In this document: piece by piece, positions 46,882 to 57,127 of the stretch
Position numbering within the stretch: position 1 is the first letter of the stretch
Layout: every line of letters begins with the position of its first letter
Assembly: GCA_964474445.1 (NCBI GenBank)
Contig: CAYYSJ010000003.1
Location: 17,597 to 81,596 of the forward strand
DNA from: an uncultured Gammaproteobacteria bacterium
GTDB lineage: Bacteria; Patescibacteriota; Microgenomatia; Levybacterales; UBA12049
Length of the DNA stretch: 64,000 nucleotides
Direction of reading: 5' to 3'
Notes under the pieces: generated by a model
What the model saw: the letters and a program-made list of their open reading frames with translations, nothing else
What the model was told of the DNA's origin: nothing
The model's database searches: none
Made by a program: the position numbers and the translations under genes

Positions 46882-48174
46882 ATGGTTGAAACTTCGGAAG
46901 ATTTTATTTGTCAAGAAAGTGGAGAAATAAGCATCGGGGAGCGTGAAGGTTGGTCACAAAAGATACTAACGGCATTTCCTGCCTTCCAAAGTAGAAATTA
47001 CACACTCTATTTCATCGGACAGCTTGTTTCTCTTATCGGTACCTGGCTACAAGCTGTTGCACAAGGGTGGCTTGTGTTGCAATTAACACATTCAGCATTT
47101 CTTATTGGTCTGGTCACAGCAATTGGTTTCTTACCGTCTCTTTTATTTTCACTGCATGGAGGAGTTATTGTTGATCGGTTTTCCAAAAAGCATATTCTTC
47201 TTTTTACCCAATATTCCTCAATGTTTTTTGCATTTGTTCAAGGTATTCTGACTGTGACCCATGTTATTACGGTATCGGAAATCATGGTATTAAGCTTTAT
47301 TGTTGGCATTATTAATGCACTTGATTTGCCTGCACGACAAGCATATTTAGTGGATATGGTTGAAAAAGATCAACTCTCATCAGCAATTGCTCTGAATTCA
47401 GGAATGTTTAATGGTGCGCGTGTTATTGGTCCTGCAATTGCTGGTTTGTTAATTGCATTGGTTGGAATAGGAGGAGCATTTCTTCTCAATGGGGTGAGCT
47501 ATCTTGCAGCAATCATTTCGTTATACCTTATGAACACGCGTGAACAGGTCCATAAACATACAGGGAGTGCGTATGAAGCAATAAAGGAAGGAGTACAGTA
47601 TGCTCTTTCTCATGCAACAATCAAACAATTACTTCTTTTTACTGCAATCTCTTCCATCTTTGGGTGGTCGTATACGACAATTCTCCCAATTATTGCAGAC
47701 AAAACCTTTCATACTGGAGCGAATGGCCTTGGATATCTGTATACAGCAGCAGGGCTTGGAGCATTACTCGCTTCTTTATTTATCTCAGCATTTTCCAAAA
47801 AAATTTCTTCCTTGTGGTTTATTTTAGGAGGAAATATGCTTTTCACTCTGTCTATTTTCGTGTTTAGTTTTCTGCATAGTTTTCCACTTGCTCTCTTGTT
47901 TCTATTTTTTTCTGGGTTTGGACTTGTGCTTCAGTTTACCTCAGTTAACACCACACTGCAGCATACTATTGAAGACAGGGTGAGAGGGAGAGTCATGGCG
48001 TTATATACATTAATGTTTTTAGGGTTATCTCCTCTTGGAAGCTTTGAAATTGGACTTGTTGCTGAGCATCTGGGGAATAGTGTCGCAATAGCACTTGGCG
48101 CAGTCATTGTTTTTTTGTGGGGAGTCTATTTTTATTTTCAAAGAGACAGCCTCAAACTCTATGTGCACGAGTAA
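46882..48174 (+). CDS. MFS transporter
   Basis: Twelve predicted transmembrane helices and MFS-like loop motifs (GVIVDRFSKK). The N-terminal extension suggests a later true start. Confidence 0.65.
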   Translation: MVETSEDFICQESGEISIGEREGWSQKILTAFPAFQSRNYTLYFIGQLVSLIGTWLQAVAQGWLVLQLTHSAFLIGLVTAIGFLPSLLFSLHGGVIVDRFSKKHILLFTQYSSMFFAFVQGILTVTHVITVSEIMVLSFIVGIINALDLPARQAYLVDMVEKDQLSSAIALNSGMFNGARVIGPAIAGLLIALVGIGGAFLLNGVSYLAAIISLYLMNTREQVHKHTGSAYEAIKEGVQYALSHATIKQLLLFTAISSIFGWSYTTILPIIADKTFHTGANGLGYLYTAAGLGALLASLFISAFSKKISSLWFILGGNMLFTLSIFVFSFLHSFPLALLFLFFSGFGLVLQFTSVNTTLQHTIEDRVRGRVMALYTLMFLGLSPLGSFEIGLVAEHLGNSVAIALGAVIVFLWGVYFYFQRDSLKLYVHE

Positions 48175-48178
48175 TGTA

Positions 48179-48775
48179 TTACAAAGGTTTTGCAATGATA
48201 ACAAATCTTTGTAAATCTGCAAATCCATCACAGGTGTAGAGAAACAGTGTTTCACCTTTTTCTGAAAAGAAAATTGCTGTTTTAGTAGGATCTATATCAG
48301 TTGTTTTTATAATCGTATAGGTATGTACTGTCTTATCATCTGTTAGCAATTGAATTGCTTGTCCCTCACGTAACCACCGAATAGGTCCAAATCTGTCATT
48401 CGTATTATGACTGTAGAGAATGATTGGCCCATGTTCTCCTGGTCTACTTGATAGTGCTAAATGAGACACTCCAGCATCAGCAATTTGCCACGTGTTGTGG
48501 GTAATCGTTGTTTCACGAATAGGTAGATCCATATGAACAGTTGGAATTTGTATCTCAACTGGAAGATTGAGGTGTGTGGCTGCCTTCGTTGTCGTCACAA
48601 CGGGAATTTTTGGAGTGAAAACAGATAATTGCACAAATTCATTGATGTAAAAAAATGTTGGGATAATAATAAAAATCACACCAATCGTAAGGAGTAGTTT
48701 TGTTATGACAGAGCTTTTTTTAAGAAATGTTTGTGCAATCGTGGCAAGGGAGGAATACAAAACCGTATATGTCAT
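48179..48775 (-). CDS. Sortase-family transpeptidase
   Basis: N-terminal transmembrane anchor, a His region (LSSRPGEHGPIILYSHN) and the active-site TLxTC-like motif LFLYTCDG. Confidence 0.6.
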   Translation of the reverse strand: MTYTVLYSSLATIAQTFLKKSSVITKLLLTIGVIFIIIPTFFYINEFVQLSVFTPKIPVVTTTKAATHLNLPVEIQIPTVHMDLPIRETTITHNTWQIADAGVSHLALSSRPGEHGPIILYSHNTNDRFGPIRWLREGQAIQLLTDDKTVHTYTIIKTTDIDPTKTAIFFSEKGETLFLYTCDGFADLQRFVIIAKPL

Positions 48776-48851
48776 ATGTTACTTATTTTGAGCGTAGTAT
48801 AACAAATCAAGATTGCTTTCGCTATGAGATGTACTTTGGTAAATGAAAATA

Positions 48852-49322
48852 TTAAAAAATAAGAGGAATTGATATTGTTTGAGGATTATCTTGTCCCATT
48901 GGATTTTCTTCTGTAATGATAAGGTTTGCTATTCCTGTACCAACAGTATTCACAGGAATGCTTCCTTCATAGGTTATTGGTTTGTTTTCTGTCCAGTCTT
49001 GTGTTGTTGTCAGTTTCCCTGTAGCAAGCGTATTTTGATTTTCATCTTGTAACTCAAGAGTGCCGGCATTTCCCTGGGAAATTGTCCAATGGCACAGAGG
49101 GTTAGTGTTATTGATGACAACAGTAACAGTCAGTTGTGGAGGGTTTACTTTTTGATCAGGTAATGGATTTTTTACTGTTATTGCCTGACATGCTGCTTTT
49201 TTCACTGTTTGTGTTGGGGTAGGAGAGGGTGGAATGGATGGCTCTAAAGGAGTAAATCGTAAAAAGGGAATAATAAGGGCTGTCAGTATCCCTAGAAGAA
49301 TGAAAATACGTAAAATTTTCAT
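48852..49322 (-). CDS. Hypothetical secreted protein with an N-terminal signal peptide
   Basis: MKILRIFILLGILTALIIPF signal sequence. No LPXTG motif. Confidence 0.4.
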   Translation of the reverse strand: MKILRIFILLGILTALIIPFLRFTPLEPSIPPSPTPTQTVKKAACQAITVKNPLPDQKVNPPQLTVTVVINNTNPLCHWTISQGNAGTLELQDENQNTLATGKLTTTQDWTENKPITYEGSIPVNTVGTGIANLIITEENPMGQDNPQTISIPLIF

Positions 49323-49403
49323 AGCTAGACTATACCACATTCAAGATATATATGCAGGGTAAGGAGTTTTTCTCTTTCAATCAATTTTTGTTATAATCAA
49401 TCT

Positions 49404-49835
49404 ATGCAGTATATTAAGACATCTCAAGGATACCTTCTTAGACTCAGTAAAGGTGAGGAAATAGCAAAAAATCTTATTGCATTTTGCCAATCACAAAATA
49501 TTCTCTCGGGTTTTTTTCACGCCATTGGTGGTGTCAGCGAAGCAGAATTAGGATATTACGATCTTGGGAAAAAAGAGTATCAATTTAAGAAAATAATAAC
49601 AACTCATGAAATTGTTTCATTAACAGGTAATATTACCCATGTTGATGGCAATCCATTTATTCATATGCATGGTGTTCTTTCTGACGAACAATATGCCTGT
49701 GTTGGAGGGCATGTAAAGGAGGGAGTTGTTGGTGCAACATTTGAGGCATATATTGTTGACTTTGGGAAAGAAATAACGCGAGCATTAGATCCAGAAATTG
49801 GGCTAAAACTCCTCCAATGCGAAATACAACAATAG
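49404..49835 (+). CDS. PPC/DUF296-domain protein (AT-hook-associated fold, predicted DNA-binding)
   Basis: About 140 aa with the conserved pattern G.F.A.GGVS...L.Y.D......H.E..SL.GNI....G.P..H.H....D...GGH. Confidence 0.55.
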   Translation: MQYIKTSQGYLLRLSKGEEIAKNLIAFCQSQNILSGFFHAIGGVSEAELGYYDLGKKEYQFKKIITTHEIVSLTGNITHVDGNPFIHMHGVLSDEQYACVGGHVKEGVVGATFEAYIVDFGKEITRALDPEIGLKLLQCEIQQ

Positions 49836-49905
49836 GGCAAGCACTTTTGATCATATAAATCTTTTTCCTCTTGATACTTCCTTTTAAATATCTAATACTA
49901 TTTAT

Positions 49906-50877
49906 ATGCCTGCCCATTTTGACATTATTAGCGTTGGCGAAGCAAAAGTAGATACCTTCATGACTCTTCATGATGCTGCTCATAATACCCATCTTGTTGG
50001 TCCTGATATCTGTTTTCGTTACGGAGCAAAAGTTGAAGTTGATAGGTATGATTTACAGATGGGGGGGAATGCTGCGAATGTGACTGTTGGGCTTTCACGA
50101 TTGGGATTGAAAACAACTCTTTTTGCGGAGATAGGAGATGATGAGTTATCATTGCTTGTTCATAATAATCTTGCAAAGGAAAATATTAATAGAGCGCATA
50201 TTATCCATGATAAAAAGGCAGCATCGTCACTTTCAGTCATTATTAACTTCAAAGGAGACAGAACAATTTTTAGTCAGCATGTGCAAAGAGCGCATGATTT
50301 TCGTTTCGAAGACATGACTGCATCATACCTTTTTCTTACTAGTTTAGGGGATGATTGGCAAACTCCATATAAAAGAGCATTAGATTTCGCCATTGAGAAT
50401 AATGTAAAAATTGCATTTAATCCAGGTGCCCATCAATTCAGAGAAGGGAAAGACCTTGTGCACCAGGTCCTTAAACACACCCAGATTCTTTTTCTCAATA
50501 AAGAGGAAGCAGAAAAATTACTCTACGGTGAAGACCTGCGGGACGATGATAATTCTCCAGAATACATAAAAATACTCACTGAAGGACTTGCCGCATTGGG
50601 TGTGCAAATGGTTGTTTTGACGAACGGGAAAAAGGGATCATATGCGTTAGATACAGAAGGACGTATCCATCATGAAGGAATATATCCAGGAGAAGTTGTC
50701 GAACGGACAGGAGCAGGAGATGGATATACAGCAGGATTTCTTGCAGCGACACTTCATGGATTACCTGTCCAGACTGCAATGCATTGGGGTGCCATTAACG
50801 CTGCCTCTGTTGTTGGCGTGATCGGAGCTGAAGCAGGACTTTTGACAAAAGAAGTAATGGAAAAAAGAGCCGCTTAA
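49906..50877 (+). CDS. PfkB-family carbohydrate/nucleoside kinase (ribokinase-like)
   Basis: GGNAANV motif and the C-terminal anion-hole motif GAGDGYTAGFL. Confidence 0.75.
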   Translation: MPAHFDIISVGEAKVDTFMTLHDAAHNTHLVGPDICFRYGAKVEVDRYDLQMGGNAANVTVGLSRLGLKTTLFAEIGDDELSLLVHNNLAKENINRAHIIHDKKAASSLSVIINFKGDRTIFSQHVQRAHDFRFEDMTASYLFLTSLGDDWQTPYKRALDFAIENNVKIAFNPGAHQFREGKDLVHQVLKHTQILFLNKEEAEKLLYGEDLRDDDNSPEYIKILTEGLAALGVQMVVLTNGKKGSYALDTEGRIHHEGIYPGEVVERTGAGDGYTAGFLAATLHGLPVQTAMHWGAINAASVVGVIGAEAGLLTKEVMEKRAA

Positions 50878-50914
50878 TAATGCATTAGGAATTGTAGCTA
50901 TTTTACACGCAAAT

Positions 50915-51961
50915 TTATAAATCCTGTGAATGAGAAACGAAGGTATCGCTGTGCAAGTCTGACTCATTTAACTCACCTTTACTTGCAAGACTTGCTAAAT
51001 GGAGTTGTTTATAGAAAAGTGCTTGAATTTCTTTTGTTGCACTTCGATTTTTTGCCCAGAACTTCAAGACTGGATCCTGCAATGCTCGTGAATAAGAGAA
51101 GGTGATACCCCATGGATGAGGAGCAAGTTTGGCGATACGATTGAGATTAATAAATGCATCATTACTTGTTTGGCCACCGCTTAAGAAAACAACTCCTCCT
51201 AAATTATGAGGAACATGTTCATGCAACGCTCTGACTGTTCGTTTTGCAACATCCTCGTGGTTGATGGGTGTCCCACTGTCTTTGCCAGGTAACACCATGC
51301 TGGTCTTGAGAATTGTCCCAGGAATATGGACTCGAAGTGAGTTCAATGTTTCAAAGAGAACATCATAGGTTCTGGTAATTGTTTGTTCACATTCTTCAAT
51401 GCTATGGTTTCCATCAAACAAAACTTCTGGCTCAACAATTGGAACGATATTTGCATCCTGACAAATGCGTGCGTAACGTCCCAGCACAAATGCATTCGCG
51501 GCAAGACACTCATCAGTGGGGGTGCCATCACCAATTGCAATAACTGCACGCCATTTTGCAAATCGTGCTCCAGAATCGTAATATGTTGCCATTCTTTCTG
51601 GTAGACCGTCCAAGCCTTGGGTAATCTTTTCCTCAGGAAATCCAGGGAAGTCAACAAGACCTTTATCTACTTTAATGCCAGGGAAACCTCCATGTTCTGC
51701 TAGGTATGCTGGAAAACCTTTCCCATCATGTGTTTTTTGCCAAAACGTTTCATCATAAAAAATAACGCCACTCATAAAATCTTCAGCACCTGGAGTGGTA
51801 AGAAGGAGTCCTCTATATTCTCGTCTTGTCTCCTCTGTACATGTAACACCAACACTATCAAAACGCTTTTGGCAGCTTTTATCACTTTCATCAGCTGCTA
51901 AAATTCCTTTTCCATGTGCAACAAGAGCTTTTGCTGTTTTTTCTAATGCATCGTGGTTCAT
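50915..51961 (-). CDS. fba: Fructose-bisphosphate aldolase, class I
   Basis: GKGILAADES motif, the Schiff-base Lys region (ILKTSMV) and full-length similarity to class I FBA. Confidence 0.9.
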   Translation of the reverse strand: MNHDALEKTAKALVAHGKGILAADESDKSCQKRFDSVGVTCTEETRREYRGLLLTTPGAEDFMSGVIFYDETFWQKTHDGKGFPAYLAEHGGFPGIKVDKGLVDFPGFPEEKITQGLDGLPERMATYYDSGARFAKWRAVIAIGDGTPTDECLAANAFVLGRYARICQDANIVPIVEPEVLFDGNHSIEECEQTITRTYDVLFETLNSLRVHIPGTILKTSMVLPGKDSGTPINHEDVAKRTVRALHEHVPHNLGGVVFLSGGQTSNDAFINLNRIAKLAPHPWGITFSYSRALQDPVLKFWAKNRSATKEIQALFYKQLHLASLASKGELNESDLHSDTFVSHSQDL

Positions 51962-52053
51962 ATATTAATCGTAATAGTCAGGAGAATAAAATGCAAGAAA
52001 CAATTCTGTTTGGTAATTGTTTACAATCTGTCACAATAGAATTGTGATAAGTT

Positions 52054-52311
52054 TTAGGTATTTTGTAGAGAAGCGAGTTTTTTTTGAGCAAAGATTATTC
52101 CAATTGTGACAACCCCAATATAGAGGAGTCCTTCAAAGCAGGTAGCAATCATGTGTGCAGGTTTCGTAAAGATAAGATATGAACCACTTGCGATAGTAAG
52201 TGCCACTAATCCATAGGAAACAGCAAGTTTTGTCTTTGAAGGGAAGAAAGAGGTATATCCTGTGCAAATGACACTTGCTAGTGCAATAAAGACATGAGCA
52301 ATGACCAACAT
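52054..52311 (-). CDS. Hypothetical small membrane protein (3 transmembrane segments) downstream of cyoE
   Basis: ORF with the likely start at MLVIAHVF. Uncharacterised. Confidence 0.35.
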   Translation of the reverse strand: MLVIAHVFIALASVICTGYTSFFPSKTKLAVSYGLVALTIASGSYLIFTKPAHMIATCFEGLLYIGVVTIGIIFAQKKLASLQNT

Positions 52312-52321
52312 ACTTGTATTA

Positions 52322-53185
52322 TTACGGAAGAAGTCTTCCAATTGCAAGCATAAAAGAGGTGGTAAGAAGTGCTATGAGAGAAAAACCAAACATTTTCCGT
52401 GCCCATTTTACATCATCTGCAACCCCAAACCCCTGTATTCCCATAAAAAGCCATCGCAATCCCAACAGTGTCATGATAACAAGATAGATAAATCCTGTTT
52501 GTTTTGTGACAGTAAATAATGTTGCTACAACAGTAAAAACACATACCCAAAAAAGAATATGAATTTTTGCAGTACCTATTCCTTTTTTGACAGGGAGTAC
52601 TGGCAGCCCAGCGGCTGCATAGTCTTTGAACCGGTAGGTGGCAATTGCATAAAAATGTGGCATTTGCCAGGCAACAAGAATAAGAAATAAGAGAAGAGCA
52701 GTAAGGTCAAATCGATTAGTTACTGCAGTATAGCCAACAACTGGTGGCACTGCTCCTGGAATACTCCCAACAAGTGTTCCATAGATTGATCTTCTTTTTG
52801 CTATCCCATACAGGACAACATAAAAGAAAAAACCTACAAATGCTATGGACATGGTGAGAACATTTGTCCAAAATAGTAGCGTTCCAAAACCAATAATACC
52901 AAGGACGGTTCCATAGGTGAGTGCTGCAACAGGGGATATCTCTTTTGTCACAAGTGCTCGCTTTTTTGTTCGCTCCATTTTTTCATCAAGATTCCGATCA
53001 ATATAGTTGTTAAATACACACGCTGATGCAATAACAAAGGAGAGTCCAGCAATTGCTGAAAAAAATAACAGAGGATTGATACGAAGTCCTGATGCAAACA
53101 AGAATCCAGCAATAGCAGGGAGTGCATTGCCATAAATAATCCCTGGTTTGGTAAGGAGGTAGTAGTTTTTTACAATGTTAGCCAT
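52322..53185 (-). CDS. cyoE: Protoheme IX farnesyltransferase (heme O synthase)
   Basis: UbiA-family pattern (YYLLTKP, NNYIDRNLDEKMERTKKR) and ~9 transmembrane helices. Confidence 0.85.
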   Translation of the reverse strand: MANIVKNYYLLTKPGIIYGNALPAIAGFLFASGLRINPLLFFSAIAGLSFVIASACVFNNYIDRNLDEKMERTKKRALVTKEISPVAALTYGTVLGIIGFGTLLFWTNVLTMSIAFVGFFFYVVLYGIAKRRSIYGTLVGSIPGAVPPVVGYTAVTNRFDLTALLLFLILVAWQMPHFYAIATYRFKDYAAAGLPVLPVKKGIGTAKIHILFWVCVFTVVATLFTVTKQTGFIYLVIMTLLGLRWLFMGIQGFGVADDVKWARKMFGFSLIALLTTSFMLAIGRLLP

Positions 53186-53191
53186 GCAAGT

Positions 53192-53560
53192 TTATTTATG
53201 TAGCCCTTCTTGAATAAGAATCATGTGGTTCATATCTGTTGGCATCATATTGTAATTTAAGTGATACATGATCCACAATGATGCTACAACAACAAGCAAA
53301 ACGATACTAAAAGTAGAAAAGAAAAAAATCAAATTCCAGCGAGGTTTTGCTTCTTGACCAAGGTGGAGAAAGTACACAAGCTGAACAGTCAGTTGTATGA
53401 AAGCAAGTATCAGAAATACTCCTATTACGATGCCACGAGAAAACAAAGGATGTAGCGAATTGATATGATTCATTGCAAGAAGATAGGCAATAAAGGTAAG
53501 GATAATGGAGAGGAGAAATCCTATGATGTATGTTGTAACAGTTACTTTTTGTGTATGCAT
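53192..53560 (-). CDS. cyoD: Quinol oxidase subunit IV
   Basis: About 120 aa, three transmembrane helices, and its position in the operon after subunit III. Confidence 0.6.
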   Translation of the reverse strand: MHTQKVTVTTYIIGFLLSIILTFIAYLLAMNHINSLHPLFSRGIVIGVFLILAFIQLTVQLVYFLHLGQEAKPRWNLIFFFSTFSIVLLVVVASLWIMYHLNYNMMPTDMNHMILIQEGLHK

Positions 53561-53572
53561 AGTATTATGTTG

Positions 53573-54157
53573 TTATATTACTCCTAGTAAATAGACTATC
53601 GTAAAAATAAATATCCAGACAATATCTAAGAAATGCCAGAAAAAACTTAAGAGAGTGAGTTTGCGTACTGCATGTTCTGTAAAACCTTTGCGAAAGATAT
53701 AGATAAAAAGAAGCAACATCCAAAAAAGTCCAAAGAAAATATGGAGTCCGTGAGTACCAACAAGTGTAAAAAATGATGAAAGGAAAGCACTTCTTTGAAA
53801 CGTATTTCCCTCAATAAAAAGATGAGAAAATTCGGATAGTTCCATAGCCAAAAAGGAAATACCAAGTGCAAACGTAATCCCAAAGAACAGCACTGTTTGT
53901 TTCACTTTCTTAGCGTGTGCAAAAAGAATTCCTATACCACAGGTAAAACTACTTGTTAAAAGAATGAGCGTTTCAATAAGAGCAAAAGGAAGGTTAAAAA
54001 GTTCTGTACTTGTTGGACCTCCAAAGGTATTTCCATGCAAAACAACATACGCTGCAAAAAGAGCAGCAAACATGAGAAGGTCAGTCATTAAATAAATCCA
54101 AAACCCTAAAAAGGTTCGTTCCTCTGCAAGGATGTGGTGTTCTGTTTCGTGATTCAT
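53573..54157 (-). CDS. cyoC: Quinol oxidase subunit III
   Basis: Heme-copper oxidase subunit III pattern with five transmembrane helices (short form). Confidence 0.8.
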   Translation of the reverse strand: MNHETEHHILAEERTFLGFWIYLMTDLLMFAALFAAYVVLHGNTFGGPTSTELFNLPFALIETLILLTSSFTCGIGILFAHAKKVKQTVLFFGITFALGISFLAMELSEFSHLFIEGNTFQRSAFLSSFFTLVGTHGLHIFFGLFWMLLLFIYIFRKGFTEHAVRKLTLLSFFWHFLDIVWIFIFTIVYLLGVI

Positions 54158-54179
54158 ACTATTTCATTCGTAGTTTTCT

Positions 54180-56204
54180 TTATCTTCGTGGGTCAAGAAA
54201 ACTATTTTTCTTTTCTTCAAAATGTTTTACTTCTTCTGCTGCCAGAACATATTCTGTTTCTTCATCAAATGTTCTCATAATAACAACCACGATTGACCCA
54301 ATTAACCCAAGCGCTGCAAGCCAATACATATGCCATACCATGGCAAATCCAATGAGGAATACAAATCCTGAAAGATATATACCAAGAGCAGTATTTTTGG
54401 GTAAGATAATATCTTCATAGTGTTCTTTCCCTCTTGCATGTTGTTTCAATTCCCACCATGCATCCCTGTCGGTGACATGTGGAATAGCCGCAAAGTTATA
54501 AAAAGGTGGAGGGGAGGATGTTGCCCATTCAAGAGTTCTCCCATTCCATGGATCACCAGTGGTATCTTTGTTTTGTTTCCTTTGCATAATACTCACAATG
54601 ATTTGAATAACTTGCACGCATGCAGCTGCGGAAATAATAAGCCCTCCAATAAGAGCTGTGATAAAGAGTGGTTGCCAGCCAGGCAGAGCAGGATAGTGAT
54701 CCATTCGTCTCGTTGCACCCATAAAGCCGAGGATATACAGTGGGGTAAAGGAAGTGAAAAAACCGATGATCCAGAGCCAAAATGCATATTTTCCTATTTT
54801 TTCATTGAGTGTAAATCCAGTAATTTTAGGAAACCAATACGTAATGCCTGCGAAAATACCAAATAGTGCGCCGCCAATCACCATGGTATGAAAATGAGCG
54901 ACCAAGAACAGAGAATTGTGGAGCTGGTAATCAGCAGGAGGAGAGGCAAGCAATACTCCTGCCATACCTCCAAAGGTGAATGTTCCGACAAATCCCAAAA
55001 ACCAGAGCATTGGTGTATAAAAGCGAATTTTCCCTTTCCACATGGTAGCAATCCACCGAAAAATTTGTACGCCTGTTGGGATTGCAATAAACATGGTCAT
55101 AATACCAAAAAATGAATTGACATCTGCTCCTGCACCCATGGTGAAGAAATGGTGTAACCATACGAGCATAGAAAGCAGTGTGATACCAATTGCCGCAAAA
55201 ATAAGTGACGTATATCCTGCCAATTTTTTCTGACTGAATGTTGAAACAACTTCTGAATAGACACCAAATGCAGGGAGCATGAGAATATATACTTCAGGAT
55301 GACCCCACATCCAAATAAGATTGGTATACATCATTGGATTGCCTCCATTTGCTATCGTGAAAAAGTGCATACCTAAAAATCGGTCAACATTCAACAGTGC
55401 AATCGTTATTGCAAGAATAGGGAAAACAGTGACTACCATCAACATACTGCACAACGATGTCCAGGTAAAAAGTGGCATTCTCATAAGGCCCATTCCTGGA
55501 GCTCGAAGCTTAAGAATGGTGACAATAAAGTTAATTCCTCCAATTAGTGTCCCAAGTCCTGATATTTGCAGACTCCAAATCCAATAATCAACGCCAACTC
55601 CAGGGCTATACTGCAATTCTGAAAGGGGGGCAACAGCAAGCCATCCTGTTGCAGCAAATTCTCCACCAAGTCCAAAAAAGAGATTAATAAGCAGTGCTCC
55701 TGCCACATAGAGCCAGAACCCTAAGGTATTCAGGAATGGGAATGCTAAGTCTCTTGCTCCAATTTGGAGAGGAACAATAATATTGATAAGACCAAAAAGA
55801 AATCCCATGGTAACAAAAAACACCATAATATTCCCGTGTGCAGTAAAAATTTGTTGGAAATGATCAGCATTGAGGTATCCATGTGAAGTACCTGCCGCCA
55901 TAGCTTGCTGTAGCCATATCATAATGGCATCAAGACCACCTCGAAAAAGCATAAGGCCTGCAACAACTATGTACATAATGCCAATCTTTTTAGGATCACA
56001 GGAAGTAAGCCATTCACTCCACAACCACTTCCAGAGTCTGTAACGAGTTAAGAAAAGTACCATAGCGACTCCCATTACACCAATAAAGATGGATCCTCCA
56101 ATGGTAAACCATTCATGAGGAAGTGCATCCCAGGTAAGTCGGCCGAAAAGAAATTGTAGTAGTTGTTGGCTCATAAATTTAGTGTTCATTGTGATTTGAT
56201 ACAT
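54180..56204 (-). CDS. cyoB: Heme-copper oxidase subunit I (quinol oxidase)
   Basis: 674 aa, twelve or more transmembrane helices, and the conserved His ligands (WFFGHPEVY-like GHPEVYILMLP). Confidence 0.9.
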   Translation of the reverse strand: MYQITMNTKFMSQQLLQFLFGRLTWDALPHEWFTIGGSIFIGVMGVAMVLFLTRYRLWKWLWSEWLTSCDPKKIGIMYIVVAGLMLFRGGLDAIMIWLQQAMAAGTSHGYLNADHFQQIFTAHGNIMVFFVTMGFLFGLINIIVPLQIGARDLAFPFLNTLGFWLYVAGALLINLFFGLGGEFAATGWLAVAPLSELQYSPGVGVDYWIWSLQISGLGTLIGGINFIVTILKLRAPGMGLMRMPLFTWTSLCSMLMVVTVFPILAITIALLNVDRFLGMHFFTIANGGNPMMYTNLIWMWGHPEVYILMLPAFGVYSEVVSTFSQKKLAGYTSLIFAAIGITLLSMLVWLHHFFTMGAGADVNSFFGIMTMFIAIPTGVQIFRWIATMWKGKIRFYTPMLWFLGFVGTFTFGGMAGVLLASPPADYQLHNSLFLVAHFHTMVIGGALFGIFAGITYWFPKITGFTLNEKIGKYAFWLWIIGFFTSFTPLYILGFMGATRRMDHYPALPGWQPLFITALIGGLIISAAACVQVIQIIVSIMQRKQNKDTTGDPWNGRTLEWATSSPPPFYNFAAIPHVTDRDAWWELKQHARGKEHYEDIILPKNTALGIYLSGFVFLIGFAMVWHMYWLAALGLIGSIVVVIMRTFDEETEYVLAAEEVKHFEEKKNSFLDPRR

Positions 56205-57066
56205 TTGGTTTCATGTCTTTCATCACTATTAGATTATACAGGTCTTTCTCAACGGAGGAGTAGTAGGTAGGTGGAGTATTCTCACTTGGTTGAGAAAGTG
56301 TGACATACCCTTTTTTTGTTAAGATGTTTTTTGATTTTTTTACCATCTGTACCCATGTAGAAAAATCATTTTGTGTTGTTGACTTTGCGATAAATCGCAT
56401 GCCAGTAAATCCTTTTCCGCTTATTTCTGCATCAGATCCTTGGTATTCGCCAATAGTATCAGCCTTTAAATGAAGTTGATTTACCATCCCATTCATTGCA
56501 TACATTTGCCCACCAAGACTTGGAATCCAGAAGGAATTCATCGGAGCATCTGCGGTAAGTTGAAACGTAATTGGTGTATTAACAGGAAAGGCAATATAGT
56601 TTACTGTGGCAACCTGTTGTTCAGGATAAATAAAAAGCCACTTCCATTGCAGTGCAACCACTTGAATGGTTAGTGGTTTGACACTACTTTGGATAGGTTT
56701 CAAAGGATCGAGTGCGTGAGTGTCTTGCCAGGTAATGGTTGCTAATATGAGAACAATAACACTAGGAATAAGCCACCAGAATATTTCCAAAAGGAGATTC
56801 TGCTTTGTGTCTGGGTTATACGTTGCTTTTGGATTTGTGGAACGAAATTTCCATGCAGTAAAAAATGTGAGCGCGATAGAGGGGAGTCCAATACAAAGCA
56901 TTAACAAAAGAAAGGTAATAATCAGTTGTGTTTCTTTTTGTGCAATAAGTCCTTTTGGATGAAAAAGCGTAATATGACTCGGTTGTGCAACAAAAAAGAC
57001 AAGTATGCAAATACCAACAAGTAGGAGAAAAGGAATAAGAGCAACACGAAAAAATTTCATCAACAT
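56179..57066 (-). CDS. cyoA: Quinol oxidase subunit II (no CuA site)
   Basis: Two N-terminal transmembrane helices plus a cupredoxin domain. The CuA Cys/His ligands are absent from the PMNSFWIPSLGGQMYAMNG region, which indicates a quinol oxidase rather than a cytochrome c oxidase. Confidence 0.8.
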   Translation of the reverse strand: MLMKFFRVALIPFLLLVGICILVFFVAQPSHITLFHPKGLIAQKETQLIITFLLLMLCIGLPSIALTFFTAWKFRSTNPKATYNPDTKQNLLLEIFWWLIPSVIVLILATITWQDTHALDPLKPIQSSVKPLTIQVVALQWKWLFIYPEQQVATVNYIAFPVNTPITFQLTADAPMNSFWIPSLGGQMYAMNGMVNQLHLKADTIGEYQGSDAEISGKGFTGMRFIAKSTTQNDFSTWVQMVKKSKNILTKKGYVTLSQPSENTPPTYYSSVEKDLYNLIVMKDMKPNVSNHNEH

Positions 57067-57127
57067 ACTTTAACTATAACTATAGTTAAACAAAGATGAA
57101 GGGGTGTGTAAAGGGGAAGGGTAAACG

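Noticed and set aside
54420-57010. Multiple short antisense ORFs across cyoB and cyoA
   Set aside because: They are embedded in strongly supported heme-copper oxidase genes and are spurious.
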